53,986 bases of DNA from Elainellaceae cyanobacterium (lineage in GTDB: Bacteria > Cyanobacteriota > Cyanobacteriia > CAZCXK01), in assembly GCA_051117555.1 (NCBI GenBank), contig JBNPEG010000063.1:91245-145230 (forward strand), in the 5' to 3' direction. Of this stretch, positions 37,684-47,874 are shown in pieces. The translations under genes and the position numbers were made by a program. Each line of letters begins with the position of its first letter. Position 1 is the first letter of the stretch. The notes below the pieces were generated by a model that saw only the letters and a list, made by a program, of their open reading frames with translations, was not told the DNA's origin and searched no databases.

Positions 37684-39870
37684 ATGAGCATTTCTCCTGA
37701 AATTTCTTCACTCTCGACTCATCGCTATGTGTGGGCAGCTAGCTCAGCGATCGCCCATCTGCCAGTCGGCACGATGATTGGAGAACGATATCGAGTCGTT
37801 GCTCCTCAGATTTGGGACGATACGCAGCCCTCATCGAGCCCAGCCGTGCCAGAGGAAATACCCGATAGTGCCATTCCCTACATGCGTTTATGTCGGCTGC
37901 GATTGCATGTCCCCGATGTCTATGGATTTTGCTCCCTCCCCGACGCCCCATCTCCGTTGATGATATTAACCAACAGCCCCATTGACACAACGGGTACCCT
38001 CTTTCCCTCGATTACGGAGGTATGGAGCGATACATCCGCTGTTCGCCAGCTTTATTGGCTGTGGCAACTATTGCAACTGTGGGACAGAGTGCGGCAGGTC
38101 GGAGTCGCGTCTAGTCTGCTTGTGGATGAAAATATCCGAGTGGATGGGTGGCGGGTGAGGCTGTTAGAACTGCACCGCGATCCGGTTAGCAACTCACCTG
38201 AGAAAGTGTCTGAAAACGAGCCTGAGAATGCACCTGAGAATGCACCTGATAACAGAGATATAAATGCCCATGAGCAGGAGATCGAGTTACCCTTGACTCC
38301 TCCTTTATGGAGCTTGACGTCTCGCTGGCGTCCTTGGCTTGACTCGGCGCATCCAGATATCCGTGACTCGCTGTACAATTTTTGCGAATTCGCGCGATCG
38401 CCCGATACAGACTGGAGCACCCTCTCAAGCCTGCTAAATCACCTTTTAATCGAGCAAGCAGCTCGTCTTCCTATTCAGCTCAATGTGGTCGGGGCAACCA
38501 CGACGGGCACCCAGCGCAAACACAACGAAGACTATTGCTATCCCAATCGTGCAGAATCGTCGAGGTTGAGTGCTGACGAGTCCAATTTGGCGGCTCTACA
38601 CGATTATCTGCGGCCTCATGTGGCGATCGTGTGTGACGGCATTGGCGGGCATGCGGGTGGCGAAGTGGCAAGTCAGCTTGCCGTGCGATCGCTCCAGTTG
38701 CAGATCCGAGCAATGCTAACCGAACTCAACGAGCAACCCGCCTGGGTTGAACCCGACGTGATCATGCAGCAGTTGGCGGCCTCCATCCGGGTGGTCAACA
38801 ACATGATTGCGACCCAAAACGACAGCCAAGGACGAGAAGCCCGCCAGCGCATGGGAACCACCCTTGTGATGGCGCTTCAGCTTCCCCAGTCTGTCGCGAC
38901 TCCCGATGGAATCGCGAACACTCACGAGCTTTTTATTGCCCATGTAGGAGACAGTCGCGCCTATTGGTTGACGCCCCAGCGTTGTCACTTGCTGACTGTG
39001 GATGATGACGTAGCGTCTCGTGAGGTCATAATGGGGCGCAGTCTTTACTGCGATTCACAAAAGCGACCTGACGCAGAAGCATTAACTCAAGCGCTAGGAA
39101 CGCGAGATGGAGAACTCATTCACCCAACGATTCAACGCTTCATCATCGAAGAAGACGGAATTTTGCTGCTGTGCTCCGATGGGCTCAGCGATAATCACTG
39201 GATCGAACGCTGCTGGCAAGCATCGACTCAGCAAGTATTAGATGAAAATGTCTCGCTTGATGCTGCTCTCCAATCGTGGATTGACCTCGCAAATCAGAGA
39301 AACGGACACGACAACATATCAGTCGTGATGTTGCACTGCCAGGTGTCTCGTGCCGATAGTCTGCAACCCAGCCAACCCGACGACGATTCCCTCCGTGACG
39401 AGCGTCCTGCAATGGATGCAATGGAGGAAGACGCTCCGGTTGCGCCAGTCTTGCCTGCTCTATCCTCTGACATAGCGGCACAACACGATTTGTCTGAGAC
39501 GTCGAGAGCGCTGCTGTATGACGATGGGAATGCGGACAACGTGAATGCGGCTGATCGCCACGATGACGAACGTGATGACCGTTTCACCGATGATTCCTAT
39601 GCATATCCTGCCCTAATCGGGCAGGCAGATGAAGCGGATGAGGCAGAGGGCATCTTGGAAGATTTCTTTGCCCAGCCTGATGACGACGAGGAGGGCTACG
39701 ACGATGCCGTTGACGAGGATGAATCTATCAATACCGGCGCGATCGCCCTGGGTTTGGCAGTGTTGATATTTGCGGCTGGAGCAGCTGGAGTGTTTGCCTG
39801 GAAGCAGATTTCACCCAATAGCTTTCAACGCACTTGGCAGCGAGTCATCGAACAGCTTGATCGCCTATGA
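37684..39870 (+). CDS. PP2C phosphatase with degenerate kinase-like N-terminus and C-terminal TM (PrpJ-like)
   Basis: RKHNED, VCDGIGGH, HVGDSR, LCSDGL, GHDNIS; acidic linker, terminal TM helix. Confidence 0.9.
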   Translation: MSISPEISSLSTHRYVWAASSAIAHLPVGTMIGERYRVVAPQIWDDTQPSSSPAVPEEIPDSAIPYMRLCRLRLHVPDVYGFCSLPDAPSPLMILTNSPIDTTGTLFPSITEVWSDTSAVRQLYWLWQLLQLWDRVRQVGVASSLLVDENIRVDGWRVRLLELHRDPVSNSPEKVSENEPENAPENAPDNRDINAHEQEIELPLTPPLWSLTSRWRPWLDSAHPDIRDSLYNFCEFARSPDTDWSTLSSLLNHLLIEQAARLPIQLNVVGATTTGTQRKHNEDYCYPNRAESSRLSADESNLAALHDYLRPHVAIVCDGIGGHAGGEVASQLAVRSLQLQIRAMLTELNEQPAWVEPDVIMQQLAASIRVVNNMIATQNDSQGREARQRMGTTLVMALQLPQSVATPDGIANTHELFIAHVGDSRAYWLTPQRCHLLTVDDDVASREVIMGRSLYCDSQKRPDAEALTQALGTRDGELIHPTIQRFIIEEDGILLLCSDGLSDNHWIERCWQASTQQVLDENVSLDAALQSWIDLANQRNGHDNISVVMLHCQVSRADSLQPSQPDDDSLRDERPAMDAMEEDAPVAPVLPALSSDIAAQHDLSETSRALLYDDGNADNVNAADRHDDERDDRFTDDSYAYPALIGQADEADEAEGILEDFFAQPDDDEEGYDDAVDEDESINTGAIALGLAVLIFAAGAAGVFAWKQISPNSFQRTWQRVIEQLDRL

Positions 39871-39980
39871 TTTGAATTTGACTGTCTATAAACGGGATCA
39901 TCCATGCAAAGATAAAAGATAGTGGAATACCTTCCACTCAAAATCGTGTTCTTGATATAGAGAAAATCTCTGAAAAGTTT

Positions 39981-40220
39981 ATGAAGGTTGGCGATCGCGT
40001 CCGCGTTAAAGAATCCACTATTGTCTATCACTACCCAAAGCATCGCAATGAACCCTATGACATAAAGGGCATGGAGGGTGACGTTGCGGCAATTGTGAGT
40101 GAGTGGCGTGGCAAAACAATCAGCGCCAATTTTCCGGTTCAGGTCAAATTTGAAGGACGATTTAAGGCCCATCTCCGAGAAGATGAACTGGAGGTGGTGG
40201 AGCCCTCACAGACGTCTTGA
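39981..40220 (+). CDS. ftrV: Ferredoxin-thioredoxin reductase variable chain
   Basis: MKVGDRVRVKES..VYHYP, ISANFPVQVKF, FKAHLREDELE. Confidence 0.95.
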   Translation: MKVGDRVRVKESTIVYHYPKHRNEPYDIKGMEGDVAAIVSEWRGKTISANFPVQVKFEGRFKAHLREDELEVVEPSQTS

Positions 40221-40265
40221 TAAAGCACCACAGCACGTCATTTCTTAAGCTGAGCTAATACTGAG

Positions 40266-40496
40266 CTAATCAGGGCGCTTTCGATAAAACCATCCGAGAA
40301 GATTGATATCTCCTCGCATCTGTTTAAGTTCGCGTCGATGGTGCTCTGATGTTTGGTAATACCAGTTGCAATAGTGTTCAAACTCAAGCCGATAGTGTAA
40401 TTCTTGCCGAAACTCATAGGTCAATTGGTGCGCCTTCAAACAGTCCATGTCTGACGAAGGCTCAGGAAAGACGGGGTAAGAAAAGAATTCTGGCAT
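40266..40496 (-). CDS. Conserved small cyanobacterial hypothetical protein
   Basis: EFRQEL.YR.EFEHYCNWYY...HRRELKQMRGDINLLGWF. Confidence 0.7.
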   Translation of the reverse strand: MPEFFSYPVFPEPSSDMDCLKAHQLTYEFRQELHYRLEFEHYCNWYYQTSEHHRRELKQMRGDINLLGWFYRKRPD

Positions 40497-40527
40497 TGTC
40501 CGGATTGGTTAAGGGGCGATAGGGCAG

Positions 40528-41052
40528 CTAACGAGTCAGCAGTGTTTGCAAGGCATCGAGATTTGAGAGTGCGACATGCAATTCGAGAATAGGGGTTCCT
40601 GAGACGCTGTGCCGCCATACTAAAATCGCTATCCCGTTGACGCGGGCAGGAACGGCACAGTTGGATCGGAGTGAATCAAGCCGATAGATTGGTTTCGTCG
40701 TGGCAATCTCAGGAAGCATGTCCATGCCTCTCTCGTCAGGAAGGGCGATCGCCACGATTGGCTCAGACGGCTTAAGCCACATTCGCAAATTGCTGTGAAT
40801 CGCTTGCGTATCTTCTCGGAACGAAACCTCTGGAGCGATCGCCACCCGAAAATTTCCCTCACATAGGCGTAGTACCGAACAGGGATATGTTTGATAGAGG
40901 GTTTCAATCGACTGAAACGGAGCAATCTTCCCAATGTCATCTCCAAATACTGCGCGTGCAAATTGCAGGCCGTCGACGCCTGCCCAGTCCCAAAGCTGAT
41001 GAGACAGGAGTAAGGAAGGAGATGGGGAAACTAGGGGATAAGAGGTCGGCAT
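40528..41052 (-). CDS. Hypothetical protein (GcvT/sarcosine oxidase gamma-like fold possible)
   Basis: 174-aa ORF; IAPFQS, SVLRLCEGNFR. Confidence 0.6.
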   Translation of the reverse strand: MPTSYPLVSPSPSLLLSHQLWDWAGVDGLQFARAVFGDDIGKIAPFQSIETLYQTYPCSVLRLCEGNFRVAIAPEVSFREDTQAIHSNLRMWLKPSEPIVAIALPDERGMDMLPEIATTKPIYRLDSLRSNCAVPARVNGIAILVWRHSVSGTPILELHVALSNLDALQTLLTR

Positions 41053-41231
41053 TTTAAGACAGGAGGGTTGAGTTTGACTAAGATAGGGCGATCGCTTTCA
41101 AGATTTGCTACAGCTTTATGTTGCGATCTCCAATGACTACTAAGGTAATTTGTGAGACGTATTTTCTTACGTTTTGGAAATACGGTTCAAGCCCAAACTT
41201 TAGTCTAGACTCATCAATAGGACCATTCGGA

Positions 41232-41567
41232 ATGAGCGATTTCCACGATTTTTTGACCCGCCAAGTTGCCCATGTTGCGATCGGAGAATTCAAACCTGGC
41301 AAATTCTCAGAAGCTCGTCAACTCTATGAAGCAGCCGTTTCAACCTACGCCCACGGGTTTAAGGGAGCATACTTACTGCGAGAACCCGGAACAGATCGAG
41401 GCATTTCAGTGATCTTCTGGAATGACGTAGAGGATATGAACGCCAACCAAAGCGAAACCCATCAAGCCATCCTCAAGAAAATGGGGCCTCTATTTACCCA
41501 AATTCCTGAAACCAGCGTCTATGAAATTGTATATGACCTAGACGGGGCTGATGACGAAGAAGAATGA
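41232..41567 (+). CDS. Antibiotic biosynthesis monooxygenase (ABM)-like protein
   Basis: GEFKPGKF, GFKGAYLLREP, GISVIFW. Confidence 0.75.
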   Translation: MSDFHDFLTRQVAHVAIGEFKPGKFSEARQLYEAAVSTYAHGFKGAYLLREPGTDRGISVIFWNDVEDMNANQSETHQAILKKMGPLFTQIPETSVYEIVYDLDGADDEEE

Positions 41568-41835
41568 GAATATAAACCGCTAAATGCTGAAAGCCAAACG
41601 CTAAACCCCATCAGCAGTCAGCATAATCAAGCCTCAATGGATAGCGATCGCCCTGTATGGAACGGATGCTTTTATGCCAGTGTACTATGGCTCCTCGGAT
41701 ATTGCTGCGCTAGCATGATGCACTCGGTGCTCTGCATAGCATTTGAGACGTCTCAGACAGTTTCTCAGGTTAAGTCGACCAAATTTCTCTGATTGATCGC
41801 TATCAGGGCATGTCCTCGTTGGTGTATGTCTCTCA

Positions 41836-42096
41836 GAGGATGTTTGAAAAGGGTCTGGCGGTTATAAACGCTTGCGGCTTCTCGAAGAGTAAACCGCGCC
41901 TACACAAATAAAGTCCGCCTACGCGGACTCTAGCAAAACCACGAGTTTAGAACCTGCGGAGGCAGGTTTTGTCCGTGTAGCCTGCGTTTCGCAAGCGACA
42001 TGTAACGCGTTCGCGTAGCGTTCCGAAGGAAAGCGTCTCTGTCAAGAGAACTTTAGTCGCCAAGGCAACAAGGAACAAGACTTTTCAAACATCCTC
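41836..42096. mobile_element. 261-bp MITE with IS5-family (IS1031-like) ends
   Basis: Perfect 16-bp TIR GAGGATGTTTGAAAAG; TCA duplicated at 41833-41835 and 42097-42099; no transposase. Confidence 0.88.
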
Positions 42097-42453
42097 TCAA
42101 GCTCTATTTCTTTCGAACTCCATGCTAATGTTAGAAATTTAGTAGATTTATTTGCATTTCTTGCCGATTTTTTAAGCACTCATGTGATTGCCCGGCTCTA
42201 GTGCCTCAATGCTTCGTATATTCAGTATTTCTATTGATCTAATTCAGAGTTTTTGTATAAAATCACTTAGATTCGTATAACAAATTCAAGCGAGATTCAT
42301 TGTTTCTTTATGGATTTTCACTAGATTTGAGACGAAAATGTTCGCAGGGTAACAAGATGCTCGGACGTCGTTGGCAAGCTATAGACACCCCGAGATTACT
42401 TTGAGAGCCGTTTGTGCCCAACATCAATACCCCAACCCCATTGGTTGACACTG

Positions 42454-42507
42454 CTGTAAGGAGCGTAACTGTAAGGAGCGTAACTGTAAGGAGCGTAACT
42501 GTGAGGA
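42454..42507. repeat. 15-bp tandem repeat x3 (CTGTAAGGAGCGTAA) plus partial
   Basis: Units at 42454, 42469 and 42484. Confidence 0.9.
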
Positions 42508-43042
42508 ACAGAGTGATGCGTTGCTCTATTTTGATTTGCTCGATTTTAAATGGTATCGCTGTTCTTTTCGGGTACCCATGCTAGCTAGCTATATTAATCG
42601 ATCTGCCCAACGACTCACGATGCTTGAAGCGATCGCATGCATCATGGATAGTCAATTGTCTTGCAGGTTTAAGGCTTATTCTACGGATGGAATATTTAGT
42701 TTCAGTGAATTTTGTAGCTCATCAGGACTCTATCTTGTCAGAGCTATGGAATTTGGTTGGCAATTCATCGCGAAACGCTTTTACATAAGCAATGGAGCCA
42801 TTTGACCCTCAAAGTTCTAGTACGGAACAATCTGTAACCCTATCAAGACTTAGAAAATAGGTGATGATGCAATTTAGGAACAGCAGGCATAAATTTATAC
42901 AAGTCATCAACCGGGAGATGGATTTTAATGAACCTAGCTAATTATAAGCTTGCCAAATGTAGGACGGGGTTTCAGAACAAAATTTTTTGAATCAACCACG
43001 TACGTGATTTTTGGGATTAGGACTACAGCAGAGATTTTCGTT

Positions 43043-43822
43043 ATGACTATTGAAGTGAGCTTTCTCAAAACCCGTTTTAATCGGATGCCTCAAGATGAAG
43101 CCACACAGTTTATGTTGGCTCAAATATTAGAACGGCAAATAAGCCGCATTTTTTTTGCTAATGCTCATACGATGGTTACGGCATCGCGAAACATGTGCTT
43201 AAAGCGTGCTTTAGAGCGAAGCAATTTATTGTTGGCCGATGGCAGTGGTGTGTTGTGGGGAAGTCGGCTGATGGGCAAACCGCTCACATACAATCTTAAC
43301 GGAACGGATCTCGTTCCTGCCTTGTGTAGAGCTGGAGCATCTGAAGGGCTTTCGATCTATATGCTAGGGTCTAAGCCGGGCGTCGCTGAGAAAGCTGCAC
43401 ATAATTTGCTAGATGCGTATCCGGGGCTCTCAATTGTTGGTATTCACCACGGTTACTTTAATCCCAGCGAAACGGAATCAGTGCTGGAGTCAATTCGAGC
43501 GGTCAATCCTCATCTTTTGCTAGTTGCAATGGGAGTCCCCACTCAAGAGTTGTGGATTGACAAATATTCCAGTCAGCTTCCCGGGATAGCCTGTATGGGA
43601 GTGGGCGGTCTATTTGATTTTTTGTCTAATCGCGTTCCGCGTGCTCCGTATTGGGTTCGAAGCTTAGGTATGGAGTGGGTATGGCGGCTTGCGGTTGAGC
43701 CGTCTCGGTTGTGGCGTCGCTATTTGATTGGAAATCTTGTATTTCTTAATTTATTGGTGGCTCATGCCATGACCGAAGATCAGGATTTTAGTTCGGGGTC
43801 AAGCATTTTTAAGCGTCCATAA
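43043..43822 (+). CDS. WecB/TagA/CpsF family glycosyltransferase
   Basis: FFANAH, ADGSG, NGTDL, AMGVPTQELW, GVGGLFDF, EPSRLWRRY. Confidence 0.93.
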   Translation: MTIEVSFLKTRFNRMPQDEATQFMLAQILERQISRIFFANAHTMVTASRNMCLKRALERSNLLLADGSGVLWGSRLMGKPLTYNLNGTDLVPALCRAGASEGLSIYMLGSKPGVAEKAAHNLLDAYPGLSIVGIHHGYFNPSETESVLESIRAVNPHLLLVAMGVPTQELWIDKYSSQLPGIACMGVGGLFDFLSNRVPRAPYWVRSLGMEWVWRLAVEPSRLWRRYLIGNLVFLNLLVAHAMTEDQDFSSGSSIFKRP

Positions 43823-43851
43823 TCATGAGGCGATAGGAAGTATGGGACGCT

Positions 43852-44292
43852 TCAGACGAGAGTGCGTTCTGTATAACGCTTGATCTCAGTTGCCATTCTC
43901 CGTAAGCCTTGTTGTTCATCTCGTCGAATAAATGGAAAAAATAAGCCAGATAGCGAGCCCGAAACATTCTCGCGATGTGCGTATTTTGTGCGGTTAATCC
44001 CGATATCTTGAAGCTCGAACACGTGCTCACTGCGAAATCCTGGAGCGGTCGCCACCCACTTTAGGCAGGCGTCTGGTTGCATAAGAGTAATATGCGCTTG
44101 AAATTCAGTTTCAGCCTCGTCGGATAGGCGTTTGAGAGATAGCAGAACGCGGTGTCCCCGAGAAAATGACTGAGAAGGGTTGCGATCATATAGGAATGTA
44201 TTCCATTTCACCCAATTCTCTTTATGAATCAGCGCTTGCCATACTCGCGAGCGTGGGGCGTCAATTTCGATCTCTGTGTAAATACTCGGCAT
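43852..44292 (-). CDS. SRPBCC (polyketide cyclase-like) domain protein
   Basis: TEIEIDAPRSRVWQAL...W.KWN, EHVFEL. Confidence 0.85.
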   Translation of the reverse strand: MPSIYTEIEIDAPRSRVWQALIHKENWVKWNTFLYDRNPSQSFSRGHRVLLSLKRLSDEAETEFQAHITLMQPDACLKWVATAPGFRSEHVFELQDIGINRTKYAHRENVSGSLSGLFFPFIRRDEQQGLRRMATEIKRYTERTLV

Positions 44293-44549
44293 AGAAAACT
44301 CGAAATGTATTAGTACAATTTGTACAATCCTTAATTGAAAATTTCCATACTCTTAAAATTCTGATGCGATCGCTCGTCTTTAGAGCGGCTTTTGGGGCTA
44401 ACCAGAACAAGGGCTACCATACATCATTACGGGATAGAGCTTGAATCGGCTCGGCAATCTTAAGCAGAATTGTCCTTCTATTCAGTGTTATCCTGATTAA
44501 CCCTTGATTGAAACATTCACCGTTCTAAAGGTCACATTTACGTTACAAC

Positions 44550-45941
44550 ATGGTTAACTTAACGCCTAACTCTAGTTTTAGCTTAACGATTCGCTTTCAA
44601 ATTCCTAATCGCGCTGGAATGTTAGCTGATGTGACCCGGGCGATCGCCGAAGCGGGTGGAAATATTGGTCACATTGACCTGATCGAGTACAATCGCAAAT
44701 TGCTGATTCGAGATGTGACCGTTGATGCATCGAGTTCTGAGCATGCTGAAGAAATTGTGTTAGCGGTCAAGGCGTTGCCCGATATCAAAGTTTTGAACGT
44801 CTATGACCGTACCTTTAATTTGCATCGGGGAGGGAAAATCCATGTTGAGAGCAAGATTCCCTTAGGAAATCAAAGTGATTTGGCAATGGCCTATACGCCA
44901 GGAGTAGGTCGCATCTGCACGGCGATCGCCAAAGAACCCGAGCAGGTTTATTCGCTCACCATCAAAAGTAATACCGTTGCGATTGTCACCGACGGAAGCG
45001 CGGTCTTGGGGTTAGGAAATCTTGGTCCCGAAGCAGCGCTGCCCGTTATGGAAGGTAAAGCGATGCTATTTAAGGAATTTGCTGGCATCGACGCCTTTCC
45101 CATTTGCGTTGCCACCCAAGATACGGATCAGATCGTCGATACGGTTAAGAATATTGCTCCTGTGTTTGGCGGCATCAATTTAGAAGATATCAGCGCCCCC
45201 CGATGTTTCGAAATTGAGCGGCGACTTCAAGAGGAATTAGATATTCCCATCTTTCACGACGACCAGCACGGTACAGCAATTGTGACATTGGCAGCATTGT
45301 TTAATGCGCTGAAATTAGTCCATAAATCCTTGAATGACACGCGCATCGTAATTAATGGCGCCGGAGCCGCGGGTGTGGCGATCGCTCGACTCCTTCGCAC
45401 GGCAGGCACTGGAGAAATCTGCCTGTGTGATTCAAAAGGCATTATTAGCCACGAGCGAACCGATATCAACGACCAAAAACGGGAATTTGCAGTCCAATCT
45501 AGTGGCTCGTTGGCAGATGCATTACACGGATCTGATGTATTTTTGGGGGTGAGTGTGCCGGGTGTCCTGACTCCGGAGATGGTGAGGTCGATGAGCAAAG
45601 ACCCGGTTGTGTTTGCGATGGCAAATCCTATTCCTGAAATTCAGCCCGAGGCTGTCAGCGATGATGTAGCAGTGATGGCTACGGGGCGGAGCGACTACGC
45701 CAACCAAATCAATAATGTGCTGGCGTTTCCGGGGGTGTTTCGAGGCGCATTAGACTGCCGAGCCACTCAATTGACAACAACGATGTATCTCGGAGCTGCA
45801 CGGGCGATCGCAGCATTAGTCAAACCCTCCGAACTCGATGCCGAAAATATTGTTCCATCGGTGTTTGATCATCGGGTTTCGGCGGCGGTTGCTGCGGCAG
45901 TACAAGGCGTGGCTCGACAAGAGGGTATCGCAGACTCCTGA
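44550..45941 (+). CDS. Malic enzyme with N-terminal ACT domain
   Basis: AYTPGVG, PVMEGKA, NLEDI, FHDDQHGTA, GAGAAG, NNVLAFPG. Confidence 0.95.
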   Translation: MVNLTPNSSFSLTIRFQIPNRAGMLADVTRAIAEAGGNIGHIDLIEYNRKLLIRDVTVDASSSEHAEEIVLAVKALPDIKVLNVYDRTFNLHRGGKIHVESKIPLGNQSDLAMAYTPGVGRICTAIAKEPEQVYSLTIKSNTVAIVTDGSAVLGLGNLGPEAALPVMEGKAMLFKEFAGIDAFPICVATQDTDQIVDTVKNIAPVFGGINLEDISAPRCFEIERRLQEELDIPIFHDDQHGTAIVTLAALFNALKLVHKSLNDTRIVINGAGAAGVAIARLLRTAGTGEICLCDSKGIISHERTDINDQKREFAVQSSGSLADALHGSDVFLGVSVPGVLTPEMVRSMSKDPVVFAMANPIPEIQPEAVSDDVAVMATGRSDYANQINNVLAFPGVFRGALDCRATQLTTTMYLGAARAIAALVKPSELDAENIVPSVFDHRVSAAVAAAVQGVARQEGIADS

Positions 45942-46084
45942 GCCAGCTTTGGTTACACAGACCTAACAGAAAACGATGGTTTGAGCTTCATAGAATCATT
46001 AAATTTGCGCCTGTCATCCCGGCTTATCCTGACCAAGGTCTCTGTCTTTGAAAATTTAGAGGACGTAGATTTCCTTGGTATCGT

Positions 46085-47656
46085 ATGAAACCCTTTGCAT
46101 TTGCAAGCCTGTTGGTCATTGCACCAGTAACGCTGCTGGCGCAGTTTCGCATTCCCATTCCTCGTGTCCCGGGAGTCGATGTCGAGGTTCCCATTCCGGG
46201 GGTTGAGGATATCGTAGATCAAGAACCTGCTGTTTCAACCAGTCTGCTCGACGCCCAGACTGAGATTGCACTGCTCGATGACTATACTCCCCAGCAGCCT
46301 ATGCCCATGATAAAGTTACGCCGTGGCGATCAGGGCAGTTTCTTATTAGAGCCTGGAGTCTATGCCATGGAGGCACAAAGCTACTGTCTACGAGCAGGTA
46401 CTCATGCTCCTGGGAGCGGCAATGGATATTTGTATGCTCCGTTGTTGGGCGATCGAAACGAGATTATTCGCCATATTCTTGAAAATTCGGTCGAGTATCC
46501 AAGCATTCCGCAGCGTGATATCCAGGTGCTGATTTGGGGCATCATCGCCCGCACCAAGCTCAGCGATATGCCCGCCAACATCCGAGCTACAGCAGAGCAA
46601 CTGCTAAGCGATCGCGAATTGCGGGCACTCAACGGCGGCGTTTTGGGCATGATTCCAGACGAATTACAGCGAGAGGTGATTTCGCGATTGCCGTCTGAAG
46701 CGCGACGAGTCTTTCAAGCTGAGGCAGAAATCCGGGAACTATTGATGGAAGGTACGTCGTCTTATGAGCAGCTTGAACGCATTGCCGTATTGGCAGGTGA
46801 GCCGCCCACAGGTGAAGGCAGCCGTGATGTACCTAGCGGTCGGTGGTCGTACCACCCCGATGGTTACTTTGTACGATATCTGCCGTCTGGATATACTCGT
46901 ACGCGTATTGAGGTCTCAGTCCCAGAACCGACAGTAGTTGAACGAGATGAACAAGGACGCATTATCGCAATCGCCGATGAAGAGGGCAACCGCATCGAGA
47001 CAATTTATGACGATAGTATTGCGCCGCTTACTGTTCCTAGCGACCCAACCCTGGTGGGATATGCATTCAAGTCCATTCGTTTCATACAGATTGACCCCAC
47101 TCAACCCGGTGGCACTCAGGAGATGGAATGGTCTGACACCGGCTGGACGTTTGTCACTCAAGATTCGGTCCGGCAATCTTCCCATCCGGGTTCAGAAATC
47201 ATGGCGTTTGGCAAGCAAGCTATAGAGTCTGTCTCTCCAGATAGGGACAATATGCTTCACGCGCAGGCGGGCGATCGCTACGAAGAGTGGCAGCGTCGCT
47301 ATGACACGGCTCAAGAGTGGCAAGAGCGAGTTGATTATTATCGCGATCGCGTCGAGGAACGCACTCGCCCCCGCAGTGATGCAGATATTGATAATCTCAC
47401 GGACTTAGGACATTACCAAGAGGGCATTGAAGCAGCAACTCGCGGGTCACAGGGCGATCGCCTCGACTGGATTGCGCGCCATCATGAACGCACCGCCAAT
47501 GCGTTAGAATATGCCATTTGTGTGCTTGAAGGCGGATGCAGTGGCGATAGTGGTGACGTAGTGGAGTTTAACCCAGCCGATGATGTGGCAGTACCAGCCA
47601 ACACGGCTCGTCAGCGACTGGGGCAATCTGCTCGCCCATATCCAAACTCATTTTAG
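46085..47656 (+). CDS. Secreted hypothetical protein (thioester-domain-like motifs, one YD-like repeat)
   Basis: Signal peptide; QSYCLRAG, IQVLIW; ERDEQGRIIAIADEEGNRIETIYD. Confidence 0.7.
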   Translation: MKPFAFASLLVIAPVTLLAQFRIPIPRVPGVDVEVPIPGVEDIVDQEPAVSTSLLDAQTEIALLDDYTPQQPMPMIKLRRGDQGSFLLEPGVYAMEAQSYCLRAGTHAPGSGNGYLYAPLLGDRNEIIRHILENSVEYPSIPQRDIQVLIWGIIARTKLSDMPANIRATAEQLLSDRELRALNGGVLGMIPDELQREVISRLPSEARRVFQAEAEIRELLMEGTSSYEQLERIAVLAGEPPTGEGSRDVPSGRWSYHPDGYFVRYLPSGYTRTRIEVSVPEPTVVERDEQGRIIAIADEEGNRIETIYDDSIAPLTVPSDPTLVGYAFKSIRFIQIDPTQPGGTQEMEWSDTGWTFVTQDSVRQSSHPGSEIMAFGKQAIESVSPDRDNMLHAQAGDRYEEWQRRYDTAQEWQERVDYYRDRVEERTRPRSDADIDNLTDLGHYQEGIEAATRGSQGDRLDWIARHHERTANALEYAICVLEGGCSGDSGDVVEFNPADDVAVPANTARQRLGQSARPYPNSF

Positions 47657-47874
47657 GATAGAGATGATATAGAGGAGTGTGACACCTGAACAGCCTGCAC
47701 CCTCCAGTGACACATCATTCATCTAGCGTCTTACCATCAAAGTGACAGTAGCAAGATATCGGTGCATCTACCGCACCCATCTACCGTAGTCCTATCCCGC
47801 CTACTGCATATATCTGCTGTTAGTCCAATCCCGTCTACTACATTCATTGACCGTAGTTTTCTCGCTTAGATTGA

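Noticed and set aside
42521..42805. 94-aa ORF as a gene
   Set aside because: TTG start, no motifs, atypical composition
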